Source of the DNA: Acidobacteriota bacterium | GTDB taxonomy: Bacteria; Acidobacteriota; UBA6911 | NCBI GenBank assembly: GCA_963664705.1 | Contig: OY761556.1 | Coordinates: 5,344,001 to 5,408,000, forward strand | DNA length: 64,000 nucleotides | Direction: 5' to 3' | Shown: one piece after another, positions 1-9,556 of the stretch | Layout of the letters: each line of letters begins with the position of its first letter | Position numbering within the stretch: the stretch's first letter is position 1 | Made by a program: the position numbers and the translations under genes | Notes under the pieces: generated by a model | Database searches by the model: none | Told to the model about the DNA's origin: nothing | Seen by the model: only the letters and a program-made list of their open reading frames with translations

Positions 1-974
1 AACAGGAGTGTTTGCTGGAGGGGCGAAAAGTTGTCGTCAGACATCAGGGTCAGAAGGATTCCACCGTCCCGCAAAGGGTTGGCAGAGAGTGCTTCCAGGT
101 TGTCTATCTCAAAGTGGTTATCGGCTTCCAGGAGAATAGTTCCATCTACAACTGCCCCGGGTTTCAAGTCTGCAAGGCGGATGCGCCGAATGCGAATGGT
201 GATTCCTTGGAACAGGAAAAACTTACGTTCCAGGATGAGAATATCTCCATCCGGCAGAATGGCGGCATCGCTGATGTCGAATTCTTCCGTTCGTTTCACA
301 CTGAAGGATCCCGGGGTGGGTCCGCCAATGAGAAAAGCCCTCAAATTTCGGTCTCGGTCCAGGCCTCGTTCCGAAAAGGCTACAAGGGTTCCAGCGAGAC
401 GCAGCGGTTTTGGTACATAGACAAGTGCCTCGAGTCCCTTGTTGCCTGGGAGACTTTTCAGGTCGGGGGGAACAGGAACGGATTGGGCACGGGCGGGGAT
501 GCTGTTTGAACCATGGTCAAAACGCATGATCGTGTTTAGTCCTTCAAGCCCGACAAACAGGGACCTGCCGTCATCCGCCAGGGATTCGGTATCCCATCTG
601 GCAGGGCGTTTGCCCTTAAGGTTGAGGACCGGCGACAGAATGGCGTCCATGATGCCGACGGGCCGATTCTCTTTGTAAGAAATTCGTCCAATCAGCCAGT
701 AGGCACGGTCGGTCAAAGCAATAAAATGCGAGCAATCGGGTTGAAGCCGTAGCGCGGAAATTCCTCCGAAACGAGGATGATGGGAGGATAGAACCAGGCC
801 GCCGCGAAAGGTAAGGGCACCAAAACGATTGCGCGAACTATCCTCGCGGGAAAATGCAGTGATCGGCTTTGCCGAAACAGTAATGTGCTGGGACTCTTCG
901 GGCGAAAGCTCGGGGGAAGCAGCAGCAAGAACTGCAAATACCGCCAGGCTGGCGAGGAGAATGGCATTCTTCAT
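1..974 (-). CDS. Exported esterase-like activity of phytase (Phytase-like) family protein, 3' end beyond window edge
   Basis: Not in the ORF track; translated by hand from ATG at 974. MKNAILLASLAVFAVLAAA signal peptide, then LTFRGGLVL..FGGISAL, DTESLA, NKGLEAL, ILERKF, IDNLEAL and LMSDDNFSPLQQTLL motifs typical of this family. No stop before position 1. Confidence 0.8.
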   Translation of the reverse strand, partial: MKNAILLASLAVFAVLAAASPELSPEESQHITVSAKPITAFSREDSSRNRFGALTFRGGLVLSSHHPRFGGISALRLQPDCSHFIALTDRAYWLIGRISYKENRPVGIMDAILSPVLNLKGKRPARWDTESLADDGRSLFVGLEGLNTIMRFDHGSNSIPARAQSVPVPPDLKSLPGNKGLEALVYVPKPLRLAGTLVAFSERGLDRDRNLRAFLIGGPTPGSFSVKRTEEFDISDAAILPDGDILILERKFFLFQGITIRIRRIRLADLKPGAVVDGTILLEADNHFEIDNLEALSANPLRDGGILLTLMSDDNFSPLQQTLL

Positions 975-1038
975 GGTATTAAAATCTCATGCAGCGGTAC
1001 TGCCTCATTCAGCCTGTGCCCTATTGCCCCGGTAGCTA

Positions 1039-1938
1039 TCAGTAGATCTCGTCCTCTTCCGCATGAGTATAAAAGAGGTTGAGGTAATCGCTGCGAGTGG
1101 TTTCCACCTCAGGCTGAAGGAGCTGGTTTTCCGCCGATTCTCTTTCCAGTGCGGCCTGTTTCTCAAGACTGCGCAGGCGCTCTGGAATGCCATACTCGGA
1201 GACAAGCTGTTTCACGTGATCGAAAACCGCGGGATTGCCGTGGAGGAACTGCGCCTCATCCAATATCTTGCAGGCAACCATGGAAGAGAAAATATCGAAC
1301 TTAAGCTGATCTTTGACACGGGAAATGGTTTTGATGAGGTAGTCGATTTCCTCCCGGTCGTTGACGAGAAGCAGGTGTTTTCGCTTATGAATAGCGCGAT
1401 CCAGGCTGTCGGTCAGTTCGGGACTCAGATCATTTTCAACCACGACGATAATGTCGAGATCCGATCCCTGTACCATCTCGCCTGTGCTTTTTTCGGGGCG
1501 CGGCACCATGTGAGACATGTCATAAACGACATCTCCGGCAATAAGGAAGCAGGCCTTTTCCAGAATGCTTTCCTTATCGGCGATGGGCGCTACGGCTGAA
1601 AGGACGGCCTCCTTTGCCAACTCGCGCTTGGTTTGACTGATATGCTGCGTCTGTCTTCGCATGGTATCGGCTTGAGTCTTCAGCGCATCCATCTGGGAGT
1701 CGAGCCCGACCAGGGTATAGGTAAGGAATTCCCTGCGTATCGATGGAGAAAGGCGAGCATAACCCTGAACGTTGCGGTCCAGGCGGAGAAATCGCCTTCC
1801 GGTTCGTTCAAAGCAAATGGATGGCTCCCTGCGGCAGGCTTGCCATAGAGCCAGAACTTCCATTTGCGTGGCTTCGAGTAATTGAGCGCCTGTCAGCGGC
1901 CCCTTTTGAGCAAGTATCGATAGAATCTCTTTTTCCAT
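1039..1938 (-). CDS. Hypothetical protein: N-terminal winged-helix-like region plus pol-beta-type nucleotidyltransferase motifs
   Basis: ORF 1039..1998; likely start MEKEILSIL at 1938. Motifs FLIAGDVVY, GSDLDIIVVV and EEIDYLIK. Confidence 0.6.
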   Translation of the reverse strand: MEKEILSILAQKGPLTGAQLLEATQMEVLALWQACRREPSICFERTGRRFLRLDRNVQGYARLSPSIRREFLTYTLVGLDSQMDALKTQADTMRRQTQHISQTKRELAKEAVLSAVAPIADKESILEKACFLIAGDVVYDMSHMVPRPEKSTGEMVQGSDLDIIVVVENDLSPELTDSLDRAIHKRKHLLLVNDREEIDYLIKTISRVKDQLKFDIFSSMVACKILDEAQFLHGNPAVFDHVKQLVSEYGIPERLRSLEKQAALERESAENQLLQPEVETTRSDYLNLFYTHAEEDEIY

Positions 1939-2043
1939 GCGGTCCATTAAACCATAAAAAAACAGGGACGTCCCGCTCGTTTGGAAAATTTCGTGCAAAA
2001 GAAAATTGCAAACAAGCAGTTGCGTCCCTGGATTGGGGTGATA

Positions 2044-3462
2044 TCAGTATCGGTAATGATCCGGTTTATAGGGTCCTTCCGTCGGGACACCGATATAATC
2101 GGCCTGCTTCTGGGTAAGTTTAGTAAGCTTGACGCCGATTTTATCCAAATGCAGCCGCGCGACCTCTTCATCTAGTTTCTTGGGAAGCCGATACACAGCG
2201 GCCTTATACTCGTTTCGATGCGACCAGAGATCTATCTGGGCCAGGCACTGATTGGTAAAGGAATTGGACATGACAAAACTGGGATGTCCTTCCGCACAGC
2301 CGAGGTTTACAAGGCGGCCCTCGGCCAGGAGATAAATGCTCTGACCTGCCGGCAGATCATAGCGATCTACCTGGGGCTTGATGTTGATTCTGCTCACGCC
2401 AGGAGCGGTGTTCAGCTTTTCCACCTGAATCTCATTATCAAAGTGGCCGATGTTGCACACTATGGCCTGATCTTTCATTTTGAGCATATGTTCAAGCGTG
2501 ATGACATCGCAGTTGCCTGTGCAGGTAACGTATATATCCCCTTCTCCCAGCGTCTGCTCGACCTGGGTTACCTCAAAGCCTTCCATGGCAGCCTGAAGTG
2601 CATTGATGGGATCGATTTCGGTAACAATGACGCGAGCGCCGAATCCGCGCAAGGAATGGGCGCTTCCTTTCCCCACATCGCCATACCCGCAGACAACCGC
2701 AGTCTTGCCGGCGATCATGACGCCGAGTGCGCGCTTGAGTCCATCGGCCAGCGATTCGCGACAACCATAAAGATTGTCAAACTTGGATTTGGTTACCGAA
2801 TCATTCACATTGATCGCAGGAACCAGGAGCTTTCCCGCTTCCAGCATCTGGTAGAGGCGGTGAACGCCGGTGGTGGTTTCTTCGCTGACACCTTTCCAGT
2901 CACGCACGGCTTTGGTAAACCAGCCGGGGCGCTGTTGGGCACATTTTTTAAGCAGATTCTTGATGACCTGTTCTTCGTGGCTGGAACTTGGCGTATTTAC
3001 CCAATCGCTGCCATGTTCCATCTCATAGCCTTTGTGAATAAGAAGAGTGGCATCCCCTCCGTCATCCACGATGAGCTCCGGACCCTTTTCGCCAGGGTGA
3101 GTCAGAGCCAAAAGAGTGTAATCCCAGTACTCTTCGAGCGATTCTCCTTTGAAGGCAAAAACAGGGATGCCGACGGCCGCAATGGCCGCTGCCGCCTGGT
3201 CCTGCGTACTGAAAATGTTGCAGCTTGCCCAGCGTACCGAAGCTCCCAACTGGACGAGCGTTTCAATGAGCACCGCGGTTTCAATTGTCATGTGTAGCGA
3301 GCCGGAAACACGCACGCCCGCCAGCGGTTTTGTGGTGCCGTATTTCAAACGCAGCGCCATCAAGCCGGGCATTTCCTGTTCGGCTACGGTTATTTCCTTG
3401 CGACCCCATTCTGCAAGGGTAATGTCGTGAACCACGTAATCTACTTCCGTCTTTGTTGACAT
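2044..3462 (-). CDS. ahcY: Adenosylhomocysteinase (SAH hydrolase)
   Basis: [69 protein letters not shown] and C-terminal PYKPDHYRY. Start MSTK at 3462 with an upstream GGAAGGA. Confidence 0.98.
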   Translation of the reverse strand: MSTKTEVDYVVHDITLAEWGRKEITVAEQEMPGLMALRLKYGTTKPLAGVRVSGSLHMTIETAVLIETLVQLGASVRWASCNIFSTQDQAAAAIAAVGIPVFAFKGESLEEYWDYTLLALTHPGEKGPELIVDDGGDATLLIHKGYEMEHGSDWVNTPSSSHEEQVIKNLLKKCAQQRPGWFTKAVRDWKGVSEETTTGVHRLYQMLEAGKLLVPAINVNDSVTKSKFDNLYGCRESLADGLKRALGVMIAGKTAVVCGYGDVGKGSAHSLRGFGARVIVTEIDPINALQAAMEGFEVTQVEQTLGEGDIYVTCTGNCDVITLEHMLKMKDQAIVCNIGHFDNEIQVEKLNTAPGVSRINIKPQVDRYDLPAGQSIYLLAEGRLVNLGCAEGHPSFVMSNSFTNQCLAQIDLWSHRNEYKAAVYRLPKKLDEEVARLHLDKIGVKLTKLTQKQADYIGVPTEGPYKPDHYRY

Positions 3463-3545
3463 ACGCCGGATTCCTTCCAAAAAAGACAGGGAATACAAAA
3501 TAACAATTCATGAACCAAGGAATTTCCTATGGTTCTGAATTCAAC

Positions 3546-3565
3546 ATATCGACAAATCCGGATAA
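3546..3565. promoter_or_regulatory. Candidate SahR operator ATATCGACAAATCCGGATAA
   Basis: Imperfect 20-bp palindrome (TATC-N10-GATA) between divergent ahcY and the ArsR-methyltransferase gene. Resembles the SahR consensus ATATCAAG-N4-CTTGATAT as I recall it. Confidence 0.65.
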
Positions 3566-3638
3566 GATGATATAAAATAAAAGCGTGGTGGGTCAATGAG
3601 ATTCTTAAGGCAGGAAAGCCGTTAGATGGGAGCTTCCG

Positions 3639-4568
3639 ATGGCACAGGTTCTTAAATCGCTGAGGGCTTTGTCCGATGCGACACGATTACGCATCATTTC
3701 ACTGCTGGAAAAGGAAGAACTGTCGGTTCATGAGCTTCAGGAAATAACGCGTTTGGGCCAATCCCGGATATCGACGCATCTTGGGTTGATGCAGGATTCG
3801 GGGTTGCTGCAATCCCGGCGGGAAGGCAAGCGGGCTTTTTACCGGCTGAATCAAGACCCCGGGGAACCGCGGAGTGCATTGGTGAATCTTGCGATCCAAG
3901 GGGCCAGGGAGCTGCCGGAATATGCTGCCGATCGGATAAATCTGAAACGAATCCTCAATCGTCGGCGGGAGCAGGCGCGCGTTTATTTCAACCAGGTGGC
4001 TGGGCGGTTCGATCGTGTATACGGACCTGGACGTTCCTGGCAGGGGTTTGGCCACCTTCTTCTTCAGATCGTGCCTCCGCTGATTGTCGCTGATCTTGGT
4101 TCCGGTGAAGGGTTGATCAGCGAGCTGCTGGCGCGACGGTGCAAGAAGGTCATAGCGGTGGACAACTCCGAGAAGATCGTTGCCTATGGGGCTGCGCGCG
4201 CCAAGAAGAACGGCTTGAAGAACCTCGAATTCCGATTGGGCGACCTCCAGAATCCGCCGATTGAGCCTTCCAGTGTGGATCTTGTCATCCTCAGCCAGGC
4301 GCTGCACCATGCGGAATTCCCTGCGGCTGCTATTGCCGCTGGTTTTCGGTTACTCCGGGCAGACGGGCATATCCTGATCCTTGATTTGCTTCAGCATGGG
4401 TTTGAAAAAGCGCGAGAGTCTTATGGAGATCGATGGCTTGGTTTCCAGGAGAGCGAGCTGCATCGATGGCTGGAGGATGCCGGATTCAAGAAGATCGATA
4501 TCAGCGTGGTAGCCCGGGAGGACGATCCCCCGCATTTTCAGACCATCCTGGCCTGTGGCGAGAAATAG
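3639..4568 (+). CDS. sahR: ArsR-family HTH fused to a SAM-binding methyltransferase domain (SahR-type SAM-cycle regulator)
   Basis: ALSDATRLRII..ELSVHEL..GQSRISTHL..RREG (ArsR); YFNQVAGRFD, VADLGSGEG, SQALHH, YGDRWLGF. Divergent from ahcY. Confidence 0.85.
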   Translation: MAQVLKSLRALSDATRLRIISLLEKEELSVHELQEITRLGQSRISTHLGLMQDSGLLQSRREGKRAFYRLNQDPGEPRSALVNLAIQGARELPEYAADRINLKRILNRRREQARVYFNQVAGRFDRVYGPGRSWQGFGHLLLQIVPPLIVADLGSGEGLISELLARRCKKVIAVDNSEKIVAYGAARAKKNGLKNLEFRLGDLQNPPIEPSSVDLVILSQALHHAEFPAAAIAAGFRLLRADGHILILDLLQHGFEKARESYGDRWLGFQESELHRWLEDAGFKKIDISVVAREDDPPHFQTILACGEK

Positions 4569-4754
4569 GCGTGGAGCCTGAAGGCCGAAAATAGGCGCGA
4601 TTCTTACAGCCACTGAATGAATTCGTCTCTTTGCCGCAAACGACATTCTTCCGCCAAATCAAAGAAACTCTAAACATTTCATACACTTCGACGATGAGAA
4701 CTCCTGTGGATGTTCAATCGCTTAATAAAGAGCGATACGTAAAAAACTAATTGA

Positions 4755-5489
4755 GTGAACAATATGCCGATGAATGATCTGCAGGGCCTTTACCTCCAGT
4801 CGCCTCAATTGAATCAGTTGAACATGCTCCGGGAGATTGCCGCCAATGCTCGCATTACGCAGGCAGAACTGGCGAGATTGTGTTCACTCTCGGTAGCGAT
4901 GGTGAATAATTATATGAAGGAACTGTGTGGTTCCGGATACCTTGAATACCATCGACGTACCATCAAGAGCGTAACCTACCATCTGACCGCCGAGGGAAAA
5001 TCACATTTGGAGATGCTTCAATGCAAGCTGATCAAGGAAATGGTCGGCATGTTTGTGGCCGCCAAGGATCAGATCCGGGAGCGTATCGCAAGCCGCACAA
5101 AGTCAAATCTTCAGCGTGTGGTTCTTTATGGCAGCGGGCATCTTGCACAGCTTGCCTTTCACGCGCTTGAACTTGCGGGGACCAGCATTATTGGCGTCTG
5201 TGATGATAACCAGGAAGTGATTGGAAAGGATTTTTGCGGGAGAGAAGTGCTGAATCCCGCGCAAATTCGTTTTCTTTCTCCGGATGCAGTTGTCGTTGCC
5301 GACTCGGTCCGAACAGAGGAAATCTGCCGAGATCTTGAGTTTATTCTCGATCGGGGCATTGAACTGATCCGACTGGATACGCCGGCATACAGCCAGACCG
5401 CCATGGTTGAGAACGATTCCTGTAGCTCCCTGTCAAGGGAAATGGGAACCGACAAGACATCGATTCCCGTTTTTCCGTACCGCGGATAG
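4755..5489 (+). CDS. Winged-helix (MarR/AsnC-like, polysaccharide-locus-associated) regulator with C-terminal Rossmann-like domain
   Basis: LREIAANARITQAELARLCSLSVAMVNNYMKEL..YHLTAEG, then VVLYGSGHLA..IIGVCDD..FCGREV..PDAVVVA. Confidence 0.75.
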   Translation: MNNMPMNDLQGLYLQSPQLNQLNMLREIAANARITQAELARLCSLSVAMVNNYMKELCGSGYLEYHRRTIKSVTYHLTAEGKSHLEMLQCKLIKEMVGMFVAAKDQIRERIASRTKSNLQRVVLYGSGHLAQLAFHALELAGTSIIGVCDDNQEVIGKDFCGREVLNPAQIRFLSPDAVVVADSVRTEEICRDLEFILDRGIELIRLDTPAYSQTAMVENDSCSSLSREMGTDKTSIPVFPYRG

Positions 5490-5639
5490 ACTTCCAGGGG
5501 ATGTCCCGCGGATGCAAGTCTATGAATTCATCAATCATCGTATGAATGTGGAAGCGCCTCCAAACGAGGTCAGAGCGGTAATAGAAGGCAATCCCTTAAG
5601 ACAGCAAATATTTCCGACGATGCACTCGTCAGGGCTCTT

Positions 5640-8198
5640 ATGAAAAGGAATCACTGCCAACCATTAAATCACTCAATGAGTGAAGGCGTGGTTTGTGTCG
5701 AGAGTCAACATAATCAGGCAATGAACGGATCTCTCGTAGACATTGAAGTCCCGCTTCTGGCAGACACACCGCTCGGTCCAATCCACTCCCTGGTCCATGA
5801 CCATTCCGGCCGTATATTTCTCTCCGATGAGATCAATCACCGGATCGTTTGCCTGACGCAAAAAGGAACGCCGCTTTGGTGGCGAGGCCGCACATCTTCC
5901 GATCCCATTCCCTTCCGATATCCCCAAGGCATTGCGTTGGGCCGGATGCATACGGGAAATTCGGAATCCGTTGATTGCCTGGCGGTATGCGACTCCTGGA
6001 ATGACCGGGTTGTTTTTGTCAGCCCGGAAGGAGATCAAATCGGTGAATGGGGGTCTGCCGGAGATCTGCCGCTCAAAGAAGTTTCAGACATTCGGTATCT
6101 TCGAAACGGATGGAAGAAGGAAACGGAGGATGAGGAAAACTGTTGGCTTCTTGTCGACCGTGGTAATCATAGATTGTGCTGGCTTGGTGAAGATGGACGG
6201 CTATTGGAACAGGTTGGGAAAGAATGCATTCCCTGGGTGCGGAATCACTTTAGTCTTTCGATTACCGAAGAATTGGTGAAGGAACTGGATTCTCCCAAAC
6301 CCAAACCGGTAGCTCCCTTTAACTTCATGTATTATCCAAGTCGCCTGGTTGGAGGAACCGGGCAGACTATGGCTGTTATTGAGCCCTTCAATAACGCCCT
6401 CAAGCTTATTCACCATGGTTTTCTTGTCACTCTGCCACTGAATTGCCGGCTATTCTTCTGGCTTGGCTTTGCTGAATGCGGATTTCTTGGATGGGATAAG
6501 ATTCACCATGTTTTGGTTTTGCAGGATCTGCGTGGAAATGAGATAGAGCGGATACAGACAATGGGTGTTCCGATCTGCGCTGATCTTGAGAAAAGTGAGT
6601 GGTGGGAGCAGCAGGGTTGCCGTATCACCCGTCACGTCTTTGTTCCTCCCGCGGCAACGTCCGCCAATGAAAGTAGAAATGCCGAAATAGAAGTGAGTGT
6701 TGCAAGCCAATTAGCGACGATGGGAATTGCATCCGTTGATCTGACCGAAATTGAAGCGGCGGTTAATGGGTATTCCGAATGCCTGCATGATCTGCTGCGA
6801 TTTGCAGCCGTTGTTTGCTTGAGAATGGAAGGCTCAGATCTGACCGAAGCCAATCCGCCATTGTGTGAAGCCGCTCTTGAGGAAGCACTAAACAGACTGA
6901 CACCCCAAAAGGACAGAATTGAAGGCAAGCTTCGTGCTCTGTGCATGCCGGTTTTAAGTTGGTGCATTAGTAGCCTGGGAGCATCCGAAAAGATCTCAAA
7001 TACGGATCTGTTGCGATTTGGCTCTTTTCTCATGCAGGTGCAGGCATCGTTGGATTCTGCGTTCGTTGCTTTGACCACACACTTGGATCGTATTGTTCTT
7101 GCCGGCGTTGACTTCGGATCCAGCATCGGGAAGCAGGGCGAATCCGCCCAAAACCTGATGAATCTCAGATTCAGGATCGATCAAGAGCTGTGGCCGATCG
7201 GCAAATTTCTCAGCGATACTTCGGATTTCTGTGCGCGTTGCCGTTGGTTTTTGGGCTTTGAAGCCTCCGATCGTCTCCTGCCGGAAAAGGCCGATTCCTG
7301 CCAGGCATCTGATATTTGCGGACTGCTTTTTGTTCCCGGGGTAACAAAAACAAAGGGGTTCAAGGAGATTGGTCGCTGGGAAATCGGATTGAATGGGGGT
7401 TTGCATAAGTCACCTCGACACCTTGTGCTGTCACACAAAGGGACTATTCAAGTTGCATTTAGTAGCAGCAGTTCCATTTTGGAGGTGGACCGAAATGGAA
7501 ATACGCTTGGGCACTCGATGCCGCCTTTGCCTGGTGCTGAGATCAGCGGGCCAGACGGCATCGAGTGGGACGACGATGGTCGTTTGTGGATGACGTATCG
7601 ATCCTCAAAAAGTGTTGTGGTCTGGGATGCATCTAAGAACACAATTCAGACTATTCAAGGGCGGGTAAACGACGCGAACGGGTTTGGGGATCCATTTGCC
7701 ATCTGCAAAGGGCGGGCTGGCGAGATGATCGTTTGCGATTGTACCGGCCACAAAATCAACGGAATTACTTATGAGGGAGAAAGCAAATACCTTGCTGGAA
7801 GCAGAGGTCGAGATCGCGGAAAGTTTGTTCATCCCTGTGGACTGGTGAGGGCTTCTGAGCCTGGATCGCAGGATGACTTTGCTGTCTGGGTTGTCGACCA
7901 TCGTAACCATCGTCTTCAAAAACTGAGCCCATCTGGAGATGTCCTCGGAGTAATTGGAGGCTGTGGTCTCAGGAAGGGGAATATGGCCTTCCCTCTGGGT
8001 GCCGCTGTATTTCAGGATGGCGCCATAGCGATTGGCATGTGGCATTTCATTCGTTGTCTGATGCTTGTATCTGAGCGGGGAGAGGAACTGGGTCGAATTC
8101 CAATCGATTTTGTTCCCGATCAGATGCTCGCCATAGATAACAGGCTACTGGTTGCTGATTACGAGGGTAATCGAATCCGCGTGTATGAGAGACAGTAA
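5640..8198 (+). CDS. NHL-repeat protein: two beta-propeller regions flanking a helical middle domain
   Basis: N-terminal IFLSDEINHRI, FRYPQGIA, VCDSWNDRV and VDRGNHRL repeats. C-terminal GPDGI, FGDPFAI, FVHPCGL, VVDHRNHRLQK, FPLGAA and VADYEGNRIRVY repeats. True start uncertain. Confidence 0.75.
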   Translation: MKRNHCQPLNHSMSEGVVCVESQHNQAMNGSLVDIEVPLLADTPLGPIHSLVHDHSGRIFLSDEINHRIVCLTQKGTPLWWRGRTSSDPIPFRYPQGIALGRMHTGNSESVDCLAVCDSWNDRVVFVSPEGDQIGEWGSAGDLPLKEVSDIRYLRNGWKKETEDEENCWLLVDRGNHRLCWLGEDGRLLEQVGKECIPWVRNHFSLSITEELVKELDSPKPKPVAPFNFMYYPSRLVGGTGQTMAVIEPFNNALKLIHHGFLVTLPLNCRLFFWLGFAECGFLGWDKIHHVLVLQDLRGNEIERIQTMGVPICADLEKSEWWEQQGCRITRHVFVPPAATSANESRNAEIEVSVASQLATMGIASVDLTEIEAAVNGYSECLHDLLRFAAVVCLRMEGSDLTEANPPLCEAALEEALNRLTPQKDRIEGKLRALCMPVLSWCISSLGASEKISNTDLLRFGSFLMQVQASLDSAFVALTTHLDRIVLAGVDFGSSIGKQGESAQNLMNLRFRIDQELWPIGKFLSDTSDFCARCRWFLGFEASDRLLPEKADSCQASDICGLLFVPGVTKTKGFKEIGRWEIGLNGGLHKSPRHLVLSHKGTIQVAFSSSSSILEVDRNGNTLGHSMPPLPGAEISGPDGIEWDDDGRLWMTYRSSKSVVVWDASKNTIQTIQGRVNDANGFGDPFAICKGRAGEMIVCDCTGHKINGITYEGESKYLAGSRGRDRGKFVHPCGLVRASEPGSQDDFAVWVVDHRNHRLQKLSPSGDVLGVIGGCGLRKGNMAFPLGAAVFQDGAIAIGMWHFIRCLMLVSERGEELGRIPIDFVPDQMLAIDNRLLVADYEGNRIRVYERQ

Positions 8199-8236
8199 TT
8201 GATGAGCTTTCGCTATAGCGACGGTTTGTTCGAGGA

Positions 8237-9556
8237 ATGGGAAGAAAAATGAAAGTATTGCCTCCATATTTGAACCATCATCTTGCCAAGGTTCCAAGGA
8301 TAGTTCAGGAAAATTTGAAATCCCAGGTTGCACAACTTAAAGCCAGTGGGGCTCGTGTGCTGCTGTACCTTGATCCTCTCTTGACCCTGAATCTTTGGGC
8401 AAGGGGAACGTTTGCTGATGTAAATGTTTTGGGGGCAGTTACAAAACACACGAGTAATTTTAAGATCAATGTGCGTGGGCTTCCCATTTATTCTTTTGGT
8501 GAAATGGCGCATTTGAAAGCAGATGCAATCATTGTCTCCGACTATAGATTTCACCAGAGAATTTCGGAAGGGCTGTTGCCCCTGTCGCAAAAATATGGTT
8601 TCAGCATTGTAGATATATGCCAGGAATTTGATGCCAAGGCCTTCCGTAGAGAATGGGCGGAGGAAATGACCCGTCAGATCTTTTCTAATGAGGTTGAAGG
8701 GTGGCCTGCCCGTCAAGTCGAGATCTGGATTCCGCCGACCTGGGGATTGGGAGATAGGCTTTGCGCGCTTTCTGCGGCGCGTGAGTTTGCACGCAGGAAC
8801 CCGGAGCGAAGAGTTCGGTTTCAATACCTGCCTGAAATTATTGAAGCCTATGGCGATGATCTAATTATGGCTGGAAGCGGTGGCTATGTCATTCCTTCCC
8901 AATATCCTAACTTTTATCGCGATCCGGATAATTCGGTTGCCGAAAACTACCTTGGTTGTTTTTATCTGAATATTGGATTGGATTTCGATACACCGCCTAC
9001 GCTGGAACTCCCGCAATTGCCTCCCTGTCCGGATCTCAAGCCAGGCTCCTATATTGCGCTTCAGCCACGCTCTGTGTGGGCAAACCCCAATATTACGAGT
9101 GAACAGCTGGAAGCAGTTGTTCAGAAAGCGCCTCTACCCGTCGTGGTTGTGGGCCGGCCGGATACCCCGCGTGACATGCCAAGCGCGGATTTCGGCCATC
9201 TCGGTACTCCAATTGAAATGCTTCGGATCATCCAGCATGCGGCATTCCTGATGACGCCGCGATCGGCAAGTGCAAATATCGGCGCCGCCTATGATGTCTC
9301 AACACTTCTCTGGGTCCCTGATGATGGAGCCAACTGGCAGCTCGCATACCCAGGTTGGGATTACAGGACGGTCCGAATCAAAAGCATAAACCTTGTTGAT
9401 CGTCTGGTGCGAGAAATGATCGCGCTGCAGGATCGAATTGAGAGCAAAAATAATCTGGCCGTCCAATCCACACAACACTGCGGTATTGCCCTCCAATCGT
9501 CAAAATCATTTATGGGCAGGGAGCTTTCGAATTTCCATGGAGGGATAGCGCAATGA
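8237..9556 (+). CDS. GT9-like (heptosyltransferase-type, GT-B) glycosyltransferase with N-terminal Rossmann-like module
   Basis: WGLGDRLCALSA, YIALQPRS, EMLRIIQHAAFLMTPRSASANIGAAYDVSTL. Confidence 0.65.
   Translation: MGRKMKVLPPYLNHHLAKVPRIVQENLKSQVAQLKASGARVLLYLDPLLTLNLWARGTFADVNVLGAVTKHTSNFKINVRGLPIYSFGEMAHLKADAIIVSDYRFHQRISEGLLPLSQKYGFSIVDICQEFDAKAFRREWAEEMTRQIFSNEVEGWPARQVEIWIPPTWGLGDRLCALSAAREFARRNPERRVRFQYLPEIIEAYGDDLIMAGSGGYVIPSQYPNFYRDPDNSVAENYLGCFYLNIGLDFDTPPTLELPQLPPCPDLKPGSYIALQPRSVWANPNITSEQLEAVVQKAPLPVVVVGRPDTPRDMPSADFGHLGTPIEMLRIIQHAAFLMTPRSASANIGAAYDVSTLLWVPDDGANWQLAYPGWDYRTVRIKSINLVDRLVREMIALQDRIESKNNLAVQSTQHCGIALQSSKSFMGRELSNFHGGIAQ

Noticed and set aside
3463-3638. SAH or SAM riboswitch upstream of ahcY
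   Set aside because: No recognisable conserved riboswitch core; the protein regulator and operator explain the region.
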